This document shows, one piece after another, positions 38,285 to 51,786 of a DNA stretch of 64,000 nt. The notes below the pieces were generated by a model. It was not told the DNA's origin. It saw only the letters and a list, made by a program, of their open reading frames with translations, and searched no databases. Origin of the DNA: Takakia lepidozioides (taxonomy: Eukaryota > Plantae > Bryophyta); the NCBI GenBank assembly GCA_030704615.1, contig CM060732.1, positions 80,600,001 to 80,664,000 of the forward strand, written 5' to 3'. The translations under genes were made by a program, and so were the position numbers. Position 1 is the stretch's first letter; each line of letters opens with the position of its first letter.

Positions 38285-40026
38285 TAGATTAGTTGCAGTA
38301 CTACGTATGGACGTCTACAAATGAAACTCAGTAGTAGTCGGTTGATTAGGAAAGAAAGGATCAATGGTGTATCAGGTTCCATTGCTACGGGAAAGAATTA
38401 AAAAGGAAGGAACGTTCACATGTGTTGGCATCATACTAAAATTGTTGGGATCCAGAAGTTACTGAAGTTACTTGATACTGCATAATGTTTTCATAACATT
38501 GATCAATACGTTAACTAGTTGTGCATTGCGAGTGCCTGTTCAGAGATCTGACGTGTGAACTAATCCCACCATTTCATTAAGATCAGCCCGCACTAACCAG
38601 CAACTGACTCCCCAACAAGACCAAATGTATTAGAAGAGTAACTGGGGACCTCATATACTTGAAGTAAGAGTGTCATAGTTTCAGGAGACACTGTCTTCCC
38701 TCAGATCGTATAGATCATGTGCCCGGTGTGGAATTGAGTTGGCCTTCTTTGGTTCATGCTACTGCGCGATCGGGCCTGGGCATTTAGGTGCTTTTCGCAA
38801 TTCGCACTCGGTTGGGGGACTGGTGGAACCTTTCCGAACTAAGTACACGACCATGAACCTGGCAGACACATGAATCACTTCCCCTGATTGCGACATCAAC
38901 TGATGCAAGCTCGGTATAACTCAGCTCGACGTCGATTTCGTCTGTGGAACCCCTCGTTCTCATGCTATTGCGAGATTTAATCCGTTCTAAATCACCGCCC
39001 TAATTGTCAAGATTGCCGCTGTATAGTCGGACCCCAGGTGGTGACGAAATTCGCTAATTGATCACTCTGAAATCCCCTGAAATCCCCTTTCATGACTCCA
39101 ATGTTGCTGTTACAACATTGCCTCTAATCTTCGAAGTTGAATGTTTGTTGACCTCGTATCTAAATCTGTAAAAGTTATTAACAAATCGAGGCAGCAGGTC
39201 CCATGGTCTGGATTCAATCGGAGATAATATGAAGTTCTAGCAAATTGTCAAGCTGATTCACTCGACTCTGTCATCTAGTTCAATCGTACGTCGAGCTGAG
39301 AGCTTAAATTTTCTGGATCTGTGGGGAAAGTTTACCGTTGGGAAAGTTTGCTGTGGGCAAGCAATCGAACGAGAAGGGAGACGTGGTCAGCCGAGGGTCA
39401 GCCCGGATAACCTACTAGTAAAGTACATTCTCAAGAACGATTGTTGGTTGCACTATCCACATGAAGACCGGAGAAAGTCGTCAGAGGCTTACTGAATGCA
39501 GACTTCGGAAACTGCCTGCTTATTCAGAAACCTACTGTGCTAACACGGTTCCTCGTCACGGAATGTGCTTTGTGGTCGTTTGAACTAGTTCACTTTAACG
39601 AATCCGACAGGCTCTATAATCAGCCAATATTTTCGTGCTCTCTCTATCGACTGACTGTTACCAGAGAGCCCAGAATAGGTGGACGTCTGCTTCTAAAACT
39701 TCAGTGCTCAACTGATGAAGTCGACAACAATTCTCTATGTATGTTACAGCATAAAACCTTGTAGTTCTTCATCTGCCTGGTCGGGAGAAATTTTATTAGG
39801 TCTGGCAACCAATTTTGTTTGGTATGCCAGCCAAAAGAATTTTGCAGGATGATAAAAATTTTGTACAAGAGAGTGGGTCATGACTTGATGGATTCCCATG
39901 AGATCCCTGCTGATCATCCTTGATTTCCTTTATCGTCTTGGGCGAACATGTTGTGTTGAGCTAGACCCAGGTGCTTGTGTCAAAAACCTAGTTGTACAAA
40001 CTAATTGCCGTTATACTTCGGATGGC

Positions 40027-41323
40027 TCAAAGTGGCATCACTACGAGGCCATCTGCGGAATGGTACGGATTCTCCCTCCATGTGTTTTGCAAAATCTTCA
40101 GGAGATCAGAAGCCTTTCCCTTAGAGCGAGGGCTGTAGTCACTCTGGATCAATACAAGAAGTTTAGTGTACATCCCTGCCTGGACAGCTCTGAGATGGAT
40201 CTCGACATCCGGGGCAGATCGACAAATTGCCCACAAAGCTGCAAGTGCATGCTCTGTGGCGAGATCTGACTTCCTCAACATGATTTTCACAAGGGCGGGA
40301 ATCGCCAGAGCGTGATCGCACACTGCAGCCCGCGCTTCAGCACATGTACAGAGAAGGTCAATGACTGAAACTGCTAGCTCAAGGATCTGTCGATCGGCAT
40401 CCTCGACTAGAAGGTCCACGATTAGTGCGACCATTCCAGCTTCCACTGCCTTCACTCTCGTTCTTCTCAATGAGAAAATGGCTTCAAAACATTTCAGGCT
40501 AGCTAGAACACCTCTTGGATTAAACTTCCCTTGTTTGAGGAGATCGATCAGTCCGTCCATGGCTCCATCAAGGGATGCTATGTTTGACTTCAATTCATCA
40601 TGTTCTACTGCCATACTTCCCAGAAGAATGGCTGCGTTGATTCTCGCATCAGGCGTTCCGCCGGAGAGAAACCAGCATATAGCCGCCAGCTGTTTAGGAC
40701 CCGCCAGCATTTTCGCTGTTTTCTCATTCAGCGAGACCAGAGCTAGTGTACCAAGGGCTTCTTCACATGCACCGGCACTTTCACGCGCATTCTCAACCTC
40801 TCGGACTTCTATTTCTAAGCAATTATGGGAGCCAAGCACCGCGGCTAGAACAGGAACTGCTCCGGCCATTGACACACACAGCCGGTTTTTCTCGCTTTCC
40901 ATTGTCAAGCAACGGAGCCTCTGCAACGTGTCCTCTCGCATAACCCCGTTGGTGATGTCTCCTAGCATATGTTGCACTTGCACAGGCTCTGCCGGTTGCT
41001 TTGGTGTGGGAATCCGCTCAACCCCCCGGGAGCGATTCCTCACGCACCATTCCTGTATGAGACGCCGGAGGGTGTGGTTCGGTGTAAGGTCATGTCTCTT
41101 GAGGACCTGCATTGTGGCAGGGCATGTATTGTTTCCTGCTTCCAGCCATCTTTCTATGCTGGCCCGGTCGTAGGTCACGCCTGTGCTTAGACTGACGGGT
41201 CGGCATCATCAGATTGAGCGAAATAGGACATCTGAAATACGGTGGTATAGTAGTAATCTCAAGTCTCTCCGGAGACAGTCGGTCGTCTGGGCCGGCTATG
41301 GATGTCTCCGTGTTGCCGGTCAA
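40027..41323 (-). CDS. U-box/ARM E3 ubiquitin ligase, PUB25/PUB26-like; frameshift at ~41200 (pseudogene or sequence error)
   Basis: IPPYFRCPISLNLM / SLSTGVTYDRASIERW...TCPAT...TPNHTLRRLIQEWCVRNRSRGVERIPTPKQPAEP, then ARM repeats ending KASDLLKIL. No in-frame ATG in this exon; AG acceptor-like site at ~41348. Confidence 0.85.
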
Positions 41324-44300
41324 GGCTCTCTCGTCTGAACAAATTCCTGTAGATATGATTGGAAAAACAACTCTGCGTTATGCCGAGTGGAGTGACTATC
41401 TAGAGGGGAAGTTCTTAACATGTATGTAGACAGAAAGCACCACGACTACGACCCAGAGGAAAAAGAGTACAGACTGCTTCACATACAATTCACGGCTAAG
41501 ATAAATAGGACCTACACAACGACAGGAATTCTATTCACAAAGGGAACGAAGAGATTATGAGGGCTAAGAGAGCATGAGACAGACACAAACAAGCAATTGG
41601 TAGAAGAGGAAAGCCACGCCTTGGTAACTGACCTGAGTAGATCGAGAAGAAAACCACGCATTCAGGAAGATCTCCTCAGCTTTTCGAATAGGGCATGGGA
41701 GATGGAAAAGCGCGAACACACACGGCTCAGAGCTCGACAGATGATTAGTGGGCTCGCAGCAGGTAGTGATCAGCTCATCCGTAAAAGGATGCAGATGATC
41801 AGCTGTTGGATCGCACTGACACAATCACAGGCGGAAGCACATACAGACAACTCAGAGCTGGACATCGTCAGAGACTTAAAGGAAAGAAAATGATGGTGTG
41901 AGCAGCAAGCAGGCGGGATGTAATGGGCAGTAGTCCAAGGCCAGTCCAGTCAAAGACCCAAGCGCGTCAGTCGTGTTGGCGAGCCGGCAATGTAAACCAA
42001 TGTGTGAAAGCGAGGCTCACTCTGTAACTTACACGGTTTGCTGCCTGTCGATCCGTGTGTTGGCGATTGCTCAAATAGAGCCCTCCTCCTTTCCACCTCG
42101 CAAGTTCCAAATTCCTCCTCCTCCTCCTCTCAAGGACTCTTACACCCCCAATTCTCTCCGGGAATGCCTGACATAGTTCACAAATGGGTTGTTTCCACTG
42201 GTAATTCTCTTGCAGTTGTACTGATTTTGAGGGAAAATTATGTAGCTAGGTACAAGATCTAGTGTTACTGCTGAAAGTTGAGGGTCTTTGTTCCCGGGCC
42301 CAGTTGTGTTTATTGTCTTCCACAAATTTTGGCCTTTTAAGGTTTTGGGGGCTGGGCAGTGCAGTAGGGTCACTTGTGACTATTGTTTTCCCTCTGGACA
42401 CAAATTAATTTTGCATCACATTTTTGGATCACACAGTGGCAAGTTTTAGGGCAGTGGGAGCATTAAAAAATAAAAATGATGATAATAATTCTGTGTTCAA
42501 TGTCCTGTACACACTTGGTGGGTCCTCTCTTGGACATCATTTGACATTTAAAACGAGCCTCCTTATGCATTTTCAATGAGTGGGGTCCCATGTTGCATTT
42601 ATGTGTTTGAAGGGGGACCACTCAAATGTATGATAAAGGAGGCCAGATCATCAAGGGATTGTTGGGTCACAAGTCATAAAGCCTGATGAGTGCGTTGAAG
42701 CAAAATTCCATCAGTTGACAATCTTTGCTATTGACAATTTGACAATTGCAGATTTCAAACACACGAGCTTCAACTCTCCTGAGTCCTGTCGGGACGAACT
42801 GGGAGAGAATTGTACCAAGTCCCGAAGCTACCCACTTGGTTTCTTTATTGTTTTCATTGGCTTGTGTAGAGTGAAGACCATCATGCTGGGGCGTTGACGT
42901 TAGATAATAAGCCTCGTCCACTTGGTAGCACATATAATACATGTTATGGGACAAAGGGAGGAAGCAGGGCCGAAGAAGCAAGCTTTTCAAAAGGAGGACC
43001 AAGATACAATTTCATGAGCGTAAAGAACTGGGCTGATTTATCCTTGATAATATAGTTTCGTTACAGCGTAATAGCCGGCCACGAGTACGAGGGCAATACA
43101 AAAAAAAGTATAATGCACAGTGCAGATTACACTATGTGTAATGCACACCTCCGACATTTCCTTATCTCTTACCTCCAAGATTTTTTCTTTCACTAGTCCC
43201 ATTTCTCAAAGAAAAAAGAAATAGTCCCATTTCTTTACACACAGGAAGACCCTCGTGTGGGGCGTCCCTTGAATTTTACGCTCTAGGGCCTCGACATACG
43301 GCCCGCGGCCCTGGGCATAAAATACCTCCACTGGGGCCTTCCTCTATACATAATTTTGTGGGGATTTGTTTTGGGAGACCGCAAGGATTGGATTTTACAA
43401 GATGGCATTACTGTATACTTTTGTGGGCTTTTCATGTATATGAATGAATGAAAGGATTTTTTAATATTCTATCTAGATTCTACATTTTAGAGAACTAATT
43501 TTGAGAATTCACTCACCGAGTCAATGACTTAATGTTTTTAGCACTAATCCCAATTGATGTACTCCAATTCTTATGTTTTTGTTTGTCAAGTAGTTGGTGT
43601 GCAACTAATTCCACATTGACTTTTGCAGCATCACGGGCTCAGTGATACATTACCTTACTATAAAATAATAATAGTATATACATACGTGTCTTCTGGAATC
43701 TAGAGTTTCCAATAGAGACAAAAGAAAATCTTCAAGCTTTTTTGCATACACCTAGGATGATAACAAACCTTTTATATGGGCCCACATACCTAAAGCTTGC
43801 CCCTCCGTCTTTTAAATCATATGGCCCTTTGACTCCGTTGGGATTGTGGTCCCACAAACCAGGGTAGAGATTTACCTTTCATGGCGCACCAAGTTGGATA
43901 AATGTGATAACTTTATGTACTTTTAACCTATGAGGTCATGTAATACCTTAATAGAAAGCTATTTTTAGAAGACAAATTTCTCTAGTTGAAAGTTAAATGA
44001 AAATTTTCCTTTATTTGATAGTAGATAGAAATAGACGATGTCAATGTTAGCATGTGGCGCACATTGTTGCTATCATGGCTCGGTCCTATCTTTTCTACCT
44101 GGGTTTATAACCGTTTTAATTTTTGTAAACATTAGGAAACGCTTAATGTGGGCCACTTTTTTGTAGTTGGAGCAATTTTTAGAGTTCATCTACCTACAAC
44201 AATTTTTATTTTTTTTTGGTGGTAAGAGAAAACCTAGAAGCGACAACCCACAAATCAGGCCCTTGAGGAGGGGGAAGAATAACCCATTCTCATTTATGGG

Positions 44301-45869
44301 CCATGGAGGCAGTACACATGACGAACAACATTTAGACAGAACACCACAAACAATCCACACACAGGGCAGGGCATCAGGTTTGAACCCCGAACCACCAAGG
44401 CAACCCATTGTGTACTTACCAGCTCAGCTGCCAGCAGATGTGCACAACAATAAAACAAGGATAAAACAAGAGGCCCATCATGGCGCACAAGATATATGGC
44501 TCTTTTTAGTACCTTGGATTCTCACCATTTTAACCATTTTTGAAAATAAAGATACCATCGGAAAGCTCTTATGTGCCCCATTATTTTGTAGTTGGAACAA
44601 TTTTCAGAAAGTTCATCTACCTAGGATAATTTGGGTATTGTGGTTCATTCTTCTTTGGGTAAGCTTATTGGCCTATCATGGCTCACCTAGATTGACACGC
44701 TCCAAAAATGGGTATACTTTTTTGCACCATGGGCCTACTATTCCATGAAAGGTGCTTTTTCGACCCTCTTTCTACCCTATAATATCCATGCTTTTACTAT
44801 ATAGAGCCTTCCCGGACAGGGGCAATAGCTGCAAGGTGAAGGGGCTCTTACTTAGCTTTGGCAATAGTCCACTGCCCGATAAGGTAAAGTGATTCTTCAT
44901 TATGAGGCTTTGGTAGGGCGAGTCGTAACATGAAAACAAGCTTGCGAGACTAGTCTACAGGTAAAGAAATCAAAGACATATATAAAATAAAAGATAGTGT
45001 CCAGTGTAAAAGAAATAATTGAAGATGGGAAAATATTGGATGAAATTTTGATAATTTAATCCCAAAGCTGAATTAATCGTCATTTAGTATGTCAGGGGCC
45101 CACATGGTACCAAGTGCCATGAATTAAGGGGGCGGATGGGATGGTCTCCATGGAACCACCCCTACTCTTTCTTGGAGGCGGTTGTTTGGGGGGGGTTTGG
45201 GAGTGCCCATGGAACTTGGCACTAAAGAGCTGAGAAGTTTAATTGATATATGTCATGATGTCATGACTTGTAGATCAAAGAGTTGTCTTGTTATGCATTT
45301 GAAGAAAATTAATATTTATTAAGGGTCATTTAGTGGAAAAAGGAGTTAAAATACATCTTAAAACAGAACTCTTCATACTTGCTTTGTTGACAACCAGCAT
45401 GAAGCCCAGTGGTAATGGGCACATGCCACGTTGGATGTGGTTGTGGGTTTAAGCCAGGGTCTGGTGTGTCATGAAGGTGTCCACCTTTCAGCAGCAGTAG
45501 CCCTTCTGGTGAAGTGACACCATAAGTTACGCTCCCTACGGGAGGCGTCATACTTTACTTTTTTTTACTTGCTTTGTAAAACATTTGGGAGTTAAGAAAA
45601 AAATAGATTAAGAGGCTTAACAAATATGGAGGGAACATTTATGGAGGGTAGACTCCACATCCCGAATATGGTTGATTTTTTGTCAAAGGTAAGAGGACGA
45701 AATAAAGATTGTTTAAGACATCATTGTGAGGCCTAGGGTTCCATCAGACGATAGCATTGTTGATAATAATACATGCCCAGTAATAGAAAAAGGCCCGGAA
45801 CCCCGCCCGGAACGCCTACATGGCCCGTCGCCTACCCCCTAGTCTGGCGCCTCACATCTCCGCCGTCAC

Positions 45870-47245
45870 AGCGCCCATGCGGTCTTAAGTCCATTTTTGG
45901 GTATAAGTAACATCATAATCAGCACGCCATATCCTAGCCGCATCATAACCAGGCCACACATGACGGATGCAAAGCCTCAACACAGTTCCCATAACGTAGG
46001 ACCTTGGCGCGCAGCGGTGTCAGGCCGTTCCTAAACGCCCAGCGGGGGCGTCCGCTCGACGTAGTTTTGTAACGCAGGAGAACCTGCGTTATGCAGATGG
46101 AAGTGCGTTCCTTGACAGCTGCAACCTGTAGTAGGGCGCCACCAATGTGGGAAGGCACTGTGAGAGGGAAAAATAAAATAAAATAACGTTATATTGAGGT
46201 TGACTTGTTGGATCTTAGCAACCAATCCCTGCTGTTGAAACTGGGTCCACCAAGGAGCCAACAAGGAAGGATGGGCCTTGTGTGGGGCTCCCCTTGCAAC
46301 GTTGGGAAGACGCCGTTCTGTGACGTGCGTCCTGCCAAAGGAGGCAAATGGTATGTGTGGCCGGGCTATCATAATCAGCACGCCTAAGTAGCCCGCCGCC
46401 GACCCGCAGCCGCCCCAGTCTGGCGCCTCACATCTCGGGGTTCACCGCTAGGACGCCGGGTCTGAATTTTGTGTGGCCTCGAAGTAATGAGGCGATAATG
46501 AGGTGGTAATGAGGCCCTGCGCTGCAGAGGGGACAAGGACCTGACCGCGGGGCCCTATGACCACGGCTCCTACTACATTTAAATGGTCCCCATTCAAAAA
46601 AGGTGGACGCGTTGCCGGAGCCTAACTTATGGTGTTACTTGACCCCATAGGGCTACTGCCGGTGGGAAGGTGGTCCCATTACCATGTTTCTCTTATATAT
46701 TGAAAAAAAACAATTGTTTTGGTGGAGGTTGTGGTCTGGTGGTAGGTCAATGGTGATGTAGTGAAGTAGGTTTGAGGTTCCATTCCCTGACTACGGTTTC
46801 GGTGGATGGTTCTGACTATAACTTCCTCCATGGAGGTAGTTTGTAACTACTCTCATGCAGGTAGTTCAGCTTGGTTTTCCAACTCTCTTTTTTTTCTTTT
46901 TTTTTCTTGCAATTACCTTAATGTAGAAAATCCTAAAACTACCTGCATGGAGGTAGTTGTATATTTCATAAGCCAAAAAAAATCGAAGTCCTGGAGGCAT
47001 GAAGGTAGTTTGCTCCTATGTTAATGAGACGGTACGAGGCCACACAAAGTTCGCAGCCCCCGCCCATGTGTTGGTGGGCTGCATGCGGTCTTAAGTCCAT
47101 TTTTTGGGTACAAGTAACATCATGATCAGCAGCCCGCCGCACACCCGCAGCTGCTCCCCTAGTCCCCCGCCCATGTATTGGTGGGCCGCATGCGGTCTTA
47201 AGTCCATTTTGGGTATAAGTAACATCATAATCAGCACGCCATATT
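45870..47245. repeat. Dispersed modular repeat
   Basis: CATGCGGTCTTAAGTCCATTTTTGGGTAYAAGTAACATCATRATCAGCA at ~45876, ~47082 and ~47188; AGTCTGGCGCCTCACATCTC at ~45841 and ~46417. Confidence 0.75.
46464..47052. mobile_element. MITE-like element with 18-bp TIRs
   Basis: GAATTTTGTGTGGCCTCG (46464-46481) and CGAGGCCACACAAAGTTC (47035-47052), 1 mismatch. A related left end occurs at 63445. No clear TSD. Confidence 0.55.
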
Positions 47246-50200
47246 GGTAATCAGCACACGTTGTCTGTTGTAGACAACACCAAAAAAAACAAAAAACAAA
47301 AAAAGTACATGTAAAACAAGTGTTGTAGACAATACTGTGCATGATCTTCCGGTGAAATGATCTTTTTGGTTTTGTCTGTATCAGGTGGGTATTACTGTTG
47401 TATCCCTCGAGGCTTCCCAAGGTTATTTTCCCTTTGCTTCCTCAATTGATTTAAAGCTAGAAGCATACAAGTCCATGCGGCCTTGCACTTCAATTTTCCA
47501 GGCAATAGTCCCTGGAAACCCACTACCCTGTACAGGGAGAGATTCCACATAAGCAAGAGGTCACTTTTCTTTCTCATTGCCTTTCCTCCTTGTGGTGGGT
47601 GAGGTTGTGGGTTCACCCATCACTTTGCGCGATTGCATCCATTGTGGCAGTGATAGCGCCCTTATAACTTCAACTGCCCATGTACCCTCGATCATAACGG
47701 AATCCAACCGCTTCATTGGGAGGAGATTTGACCCGGGTTGTTGTTTTCTCCTATTAAGTTATCAGGTCGGTATGTAGGTTGTTAGCTGAGAGTGGCGGCC
47801 ATGAGCAAAAGAGCAAGGGCTTGTGGGAGTTGGGGTGGGGTTTCTAGCAGTTCCGAGACGGGTCACTTCCCCCTCCAGTCAATTTTTTTTAATTCATGTT
47901 TCAACATTGTGATAGTAGAACAAAACAAATACGGTACCCATGACATGCTTATTTTCATTCAATCCAAATGATGATTTCCATTGGTTATGATGTCTCCCCA
48001 GGTCATTTACAACAAAATTGACCCAGCAATCTATCTTTCTAAAAATCTAACCATCCTTGAATTATTCCTTCCATATTATTGGAGGGTCTAAATATGGAAG
48101 GCTGGAATTGAACGTTGAGTGATAAAATGGCATCTTGCGGAAAGAATAATTCAAAATGCCGCAAAACAATGTGGCAAGCATCAGGGGATAGTGCAAGTTG
48201 AGCAAACTGACCTGATTGTAGGTGAGTGTGACTCCGTCAAGAACCAAACATCTATTTATAATAAACCGTGACGTCGAGAAAATCTTTTTATCCTCAAAAT
48301 GTGTTTCTACTCACTGACATATATATGTGTCTGTGTGTCTGTGTGTTTTGTTTCTGAAAAAAGGTGCCTGGATCCGATTGCGGTAAGATGGCAACGAAAA
48401 AATAACCTTGCGGCTTACAGAGGGAATACCACCCTTTGACCAGGGAACAACAAGACAACTAAAAAAACAGGCCCAACACAGCCAACTTGGAGAGACAGAC
48501 ACAGAAACAGAGCAGGAAAAAAGGCAATCACCCTGGAGAAAAGTTAGGGACCCAAAGACCAAAGACCACCGGCAGAATAAGTTAGGATGACTTGGCACCC
48601 ATGAATACTTGAGCTGAGTCTTGAATTTGGAGTAGCGAGCTGGACTATGATCTACAAATCAATTAGCCGCTTTTTTAATGCAATCCATATCTTGGTATAT
48701 GGTAGTAGTAGTATACTTAACACTTGCAGTGAACTTAAGTGACAAAATGAACTTCCTTTGTATCGTTGTGTGTCAATATATTATAAATATTGAGGTGAAG
48801 TGGCACCCACAACTTATGGTCAGTTCAGTGTCATTCTGCAAGATTTACAAATCCTGAATTTCTATTATATCTACCTGTAAAGTTGGCACTAAGATTCTCC
48901 AAACTTACCCGAGATTGTTTGTTTAAAAATAGGTCAACCATCATTTTTCCACTGCGTCCCAGGATTGGAAATCTTGAAAATATATTTATTTATTTATTTA
49001 TATTTGAAACACTCAGGTTTAGAATCTTTCAGGAGATATATATGTACAAAACTGTTTTGAGAGAGTTTTGGGAAGCCATTAATCCTAGGTCTTCTAAGAC
49101 AAAACAAAGAGCTAAAACCGTGCCAAATCTTCAATGCCCCCAAAAACAGTTTCAAATGGCTTGAATCTGAAAGACAAATGTTGTGTATGATCCCAAAATA
49201 TTCACAACCCTCTTCCGTTAGAATACAACAGTGTGTTACAAATGTGACAAACAAGCTGATTGTAGTCTGGCCCCCCATCAAACCTTGAGCCAAATGTAGG
49301 TCAAATGTACAGCCCTAATATTCTGTTTGTATGTTTTAACCTTATTTCTCAAACTTGTTTGTTGTGAATATGGATTGAGAATCCAAGCTGTGGATAGGAT
49401 TCTTGTGGTGACTCATAAAATTCCATGAAGATTGGAGTTCCTGTGGAACTCTTCAGGACCATTTTTTTTTTCATTTCATTAAACTGGGCTAATTCAAAAT
49501 TCAGCATCATAATAAGCATGATCAGACCGGCAGTGCAAATGAACAGTGACTAAATTATTCAGTATGATCCTGAAGGCTTTAAATAAAAATAAGTTAAGTA
49601 TAAGGTATGAAGGTATGAGTGACCCTCTGACTTTGAGTGCTGAGTTTGTTATTTATATGTCTTGCATAGCACTGCAAGAAATTGGAGGCGCAGTTGACAT
49701 TTGCAACAACTCTGCTGTTACCTTGTTCCCACCAGTATAAAAAACTTCTCCGCCAAGCCTTGACGTTGGCGGTCCAGGGATGGCTACTGGGTTTCTAAGC
49801 TTTGAACTTTGGAGATCTCCTCCGTCCCTTCGCATGCACGTTGACATTCATCAGTTCCCCACTTCAGTCAGAACCCAAAGCTCTCCCGACCACGAAGCTG
49901 CAGCTGAGTATGTTTGAATGTCTGCACCGGTTTTGGGGGGGTCGTCGTTGAGAAGGAGGAGCTCACCCAGTACGGATGCGCAGTATAAGTAACGAAATGA
50001 ATCCTCACTTCCAGCCATTATCAACTCCATACCGGTTTGTGGGATCTATAATATCTCTGAGCTTCCAGCGCTTCTAAGACCAGCATACATACTCATTGCA
50101 GCATCCCGTGAAGTACAGGAGTTCTCATTCCTTTTGGCTGATCTCCATCGACCTCAAACAACAGACTGTGCCTTGTACATCTCTCTCTCACCCGCTTTCT

Positions 50201-50246
50201 GGACAACTCCAACACTCTTTCATCTGAGAAGCTATAATCTCCACTA

Positions 50247-50612
50247 ATGGCGTACATTCTGTCACTGACGGGAATGCTCCTGCTAGCCCTTCTGATAGCA
50301 GTGCAACACGTTGATGGAGTTAGAGACTTGCGATGTACTGGAAGAACGGGCTGCCGCACTCAACTTTCTGAGACTCCACGCGACCTCCCTGCAGACGTGA
50401 ACACCAAGCTCATTGCAATGGAGACGGACCTCCCACACGCATACAGTACCGATCAATCTATTCAGAGTAGTGCTGTGCCGGCCACCACGATCAACGCAAC
50501 AAAAGTGAGTGCCGGCTCCAAGAGGAATGCAAAGCGCAAGTTCCGCGCCCAGCGCGCTTCTAAGAGCCCCAGTGGTTGTATTTCAGGCTGTAACAGTCAA
50601 AATGGAAACTAG
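50247..50612 (+). CDS. Small secreted peptide precursor (121 aa) with C-terminal SPSGCISGCNSQNGN
   Basis: Intronless ORF; signal-peptide-like MAYILSLTGMLLLALLIAVQHVDG|VRDLR; basic stretch KRNAKRKFRAQR before the C-terminal motif; TATA-like CTATAATA at ~50046. Confidence 0.7.
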   Translation: MAYILSLTGMLLLALLIAVQHVDGVRDLRCTGRTGCRTQLSETPRDLPADVNTKLIAMETDLPHAYSTDQSIQSSAVPATTINATKVSAGSKRNAKRKFRAQRASKSPSGCISGCNSQNGN

Positions 50613-51786
50613 TTGTTGCCACGATTTCGTACCATTTCCGTTCACTGACAGTACTTAAGTTGAACAATATCTCCACCCGGCCCCTTGCAGAAGTTAGTAC
50701 TGGCCGCAACATGGTTCCAGGGTAGTAACTTTCCCTGGACATCAATTGTACTTATCAGGATGATACTCAGAACAGGTCCAAGTCTGGATCAGCGGATCCT
50801 TGACGTGGAACGACTGGTGTTAGTACTACACTGATTGCACTTGCGGATTTGCAACTCCAGCCTCGCAGTGTTTTGGATCCCCCATGTAGAAATCGATTTC
50901 GAGTATTACATCCACAGCTCCAAGTTCAGTGACAGACTCGAGCTCTTTCAAATTGAAGGGTGCGCCATGAGTTTCGGTAATGCAAGCACTTATCACCGTC
51001 AAGAAAAAGGGTAAATGAACAGGCCTCATGGAGATACTATACACTTCACGTGAAAGAACGTGAATCGTCCAAGACCGAATTGGTTTCATATCATCTTCAG
51101 CGTGAGGAGCTTCGATCATAAATTGAGCTAGAATAGCTAGACTGTACAGACGATCCAGTAGAGCTCTACAACCTTACACGATAGCCAAAACCTTTCCGTC
51201 AGCTGTTGACACCACCCTAGGCTTCTTAAAATTTATGGAGCCAGTATACTCCACTGGCACCAGTGAGACATAGGACTGCCATTTACAGTGCAGGTGAGTA
51301 GATTTAATAGCAGCAGGAGTCAGGAATGGGAATCCATAAAGTCCCTTGATTGTATCACACGCCCAACAATGTGTAAATTCAGAACAGCCGCCAACTCTCA
51401 ACTGAGTCTTAGAAACAAAGTTTGTTGATGTTGTCCTCAATGTCTTATCAGTAAACTTGGGTTTCTGAAATCGTGGAGATTCAGTGCCACCTGTCGTTGA
51501 TGAGTCCCAGCTTCAATATTCTATTGAGGGACTATGATGGTTTGAGTGCAAGTTTCGATGCACAAAGAATGTCATCTTCAATGCAAGATTAGCGGGGGGT
51601 CTTTCATTCTTGGAATTCGAAGTTTGGTAAAATTTTAAGAGCTTCACCCGTTGGCTGCCAATTAAAATCTATGTAGTTAGCACAGGAGCACTGGTGCTCC
51701 TAGTGGAAGGCTAGTGGGGCCACTTTGTATCTTACTATATAAACTCTGTAAACTCGTTGCCATTTCCAGGGGCAATTTGATTGGTG

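Noticed and set aside
40361-41173. 270-aa plus-strand ORF, and similar antisense ORFs over the gypsy, the peptide repeats and the metacaspase
   Set aside because: Antisense shadows of real coding regions.
43086-43257. Mariner-like TACGAGGG end
   Set aside because: Only ~7 bp of inverted match and no paired TA TSD.
44167-44748. 193-aa ORF
   Set aside because: Non-ATG start, no motifs, repeat-like AT-rich context.
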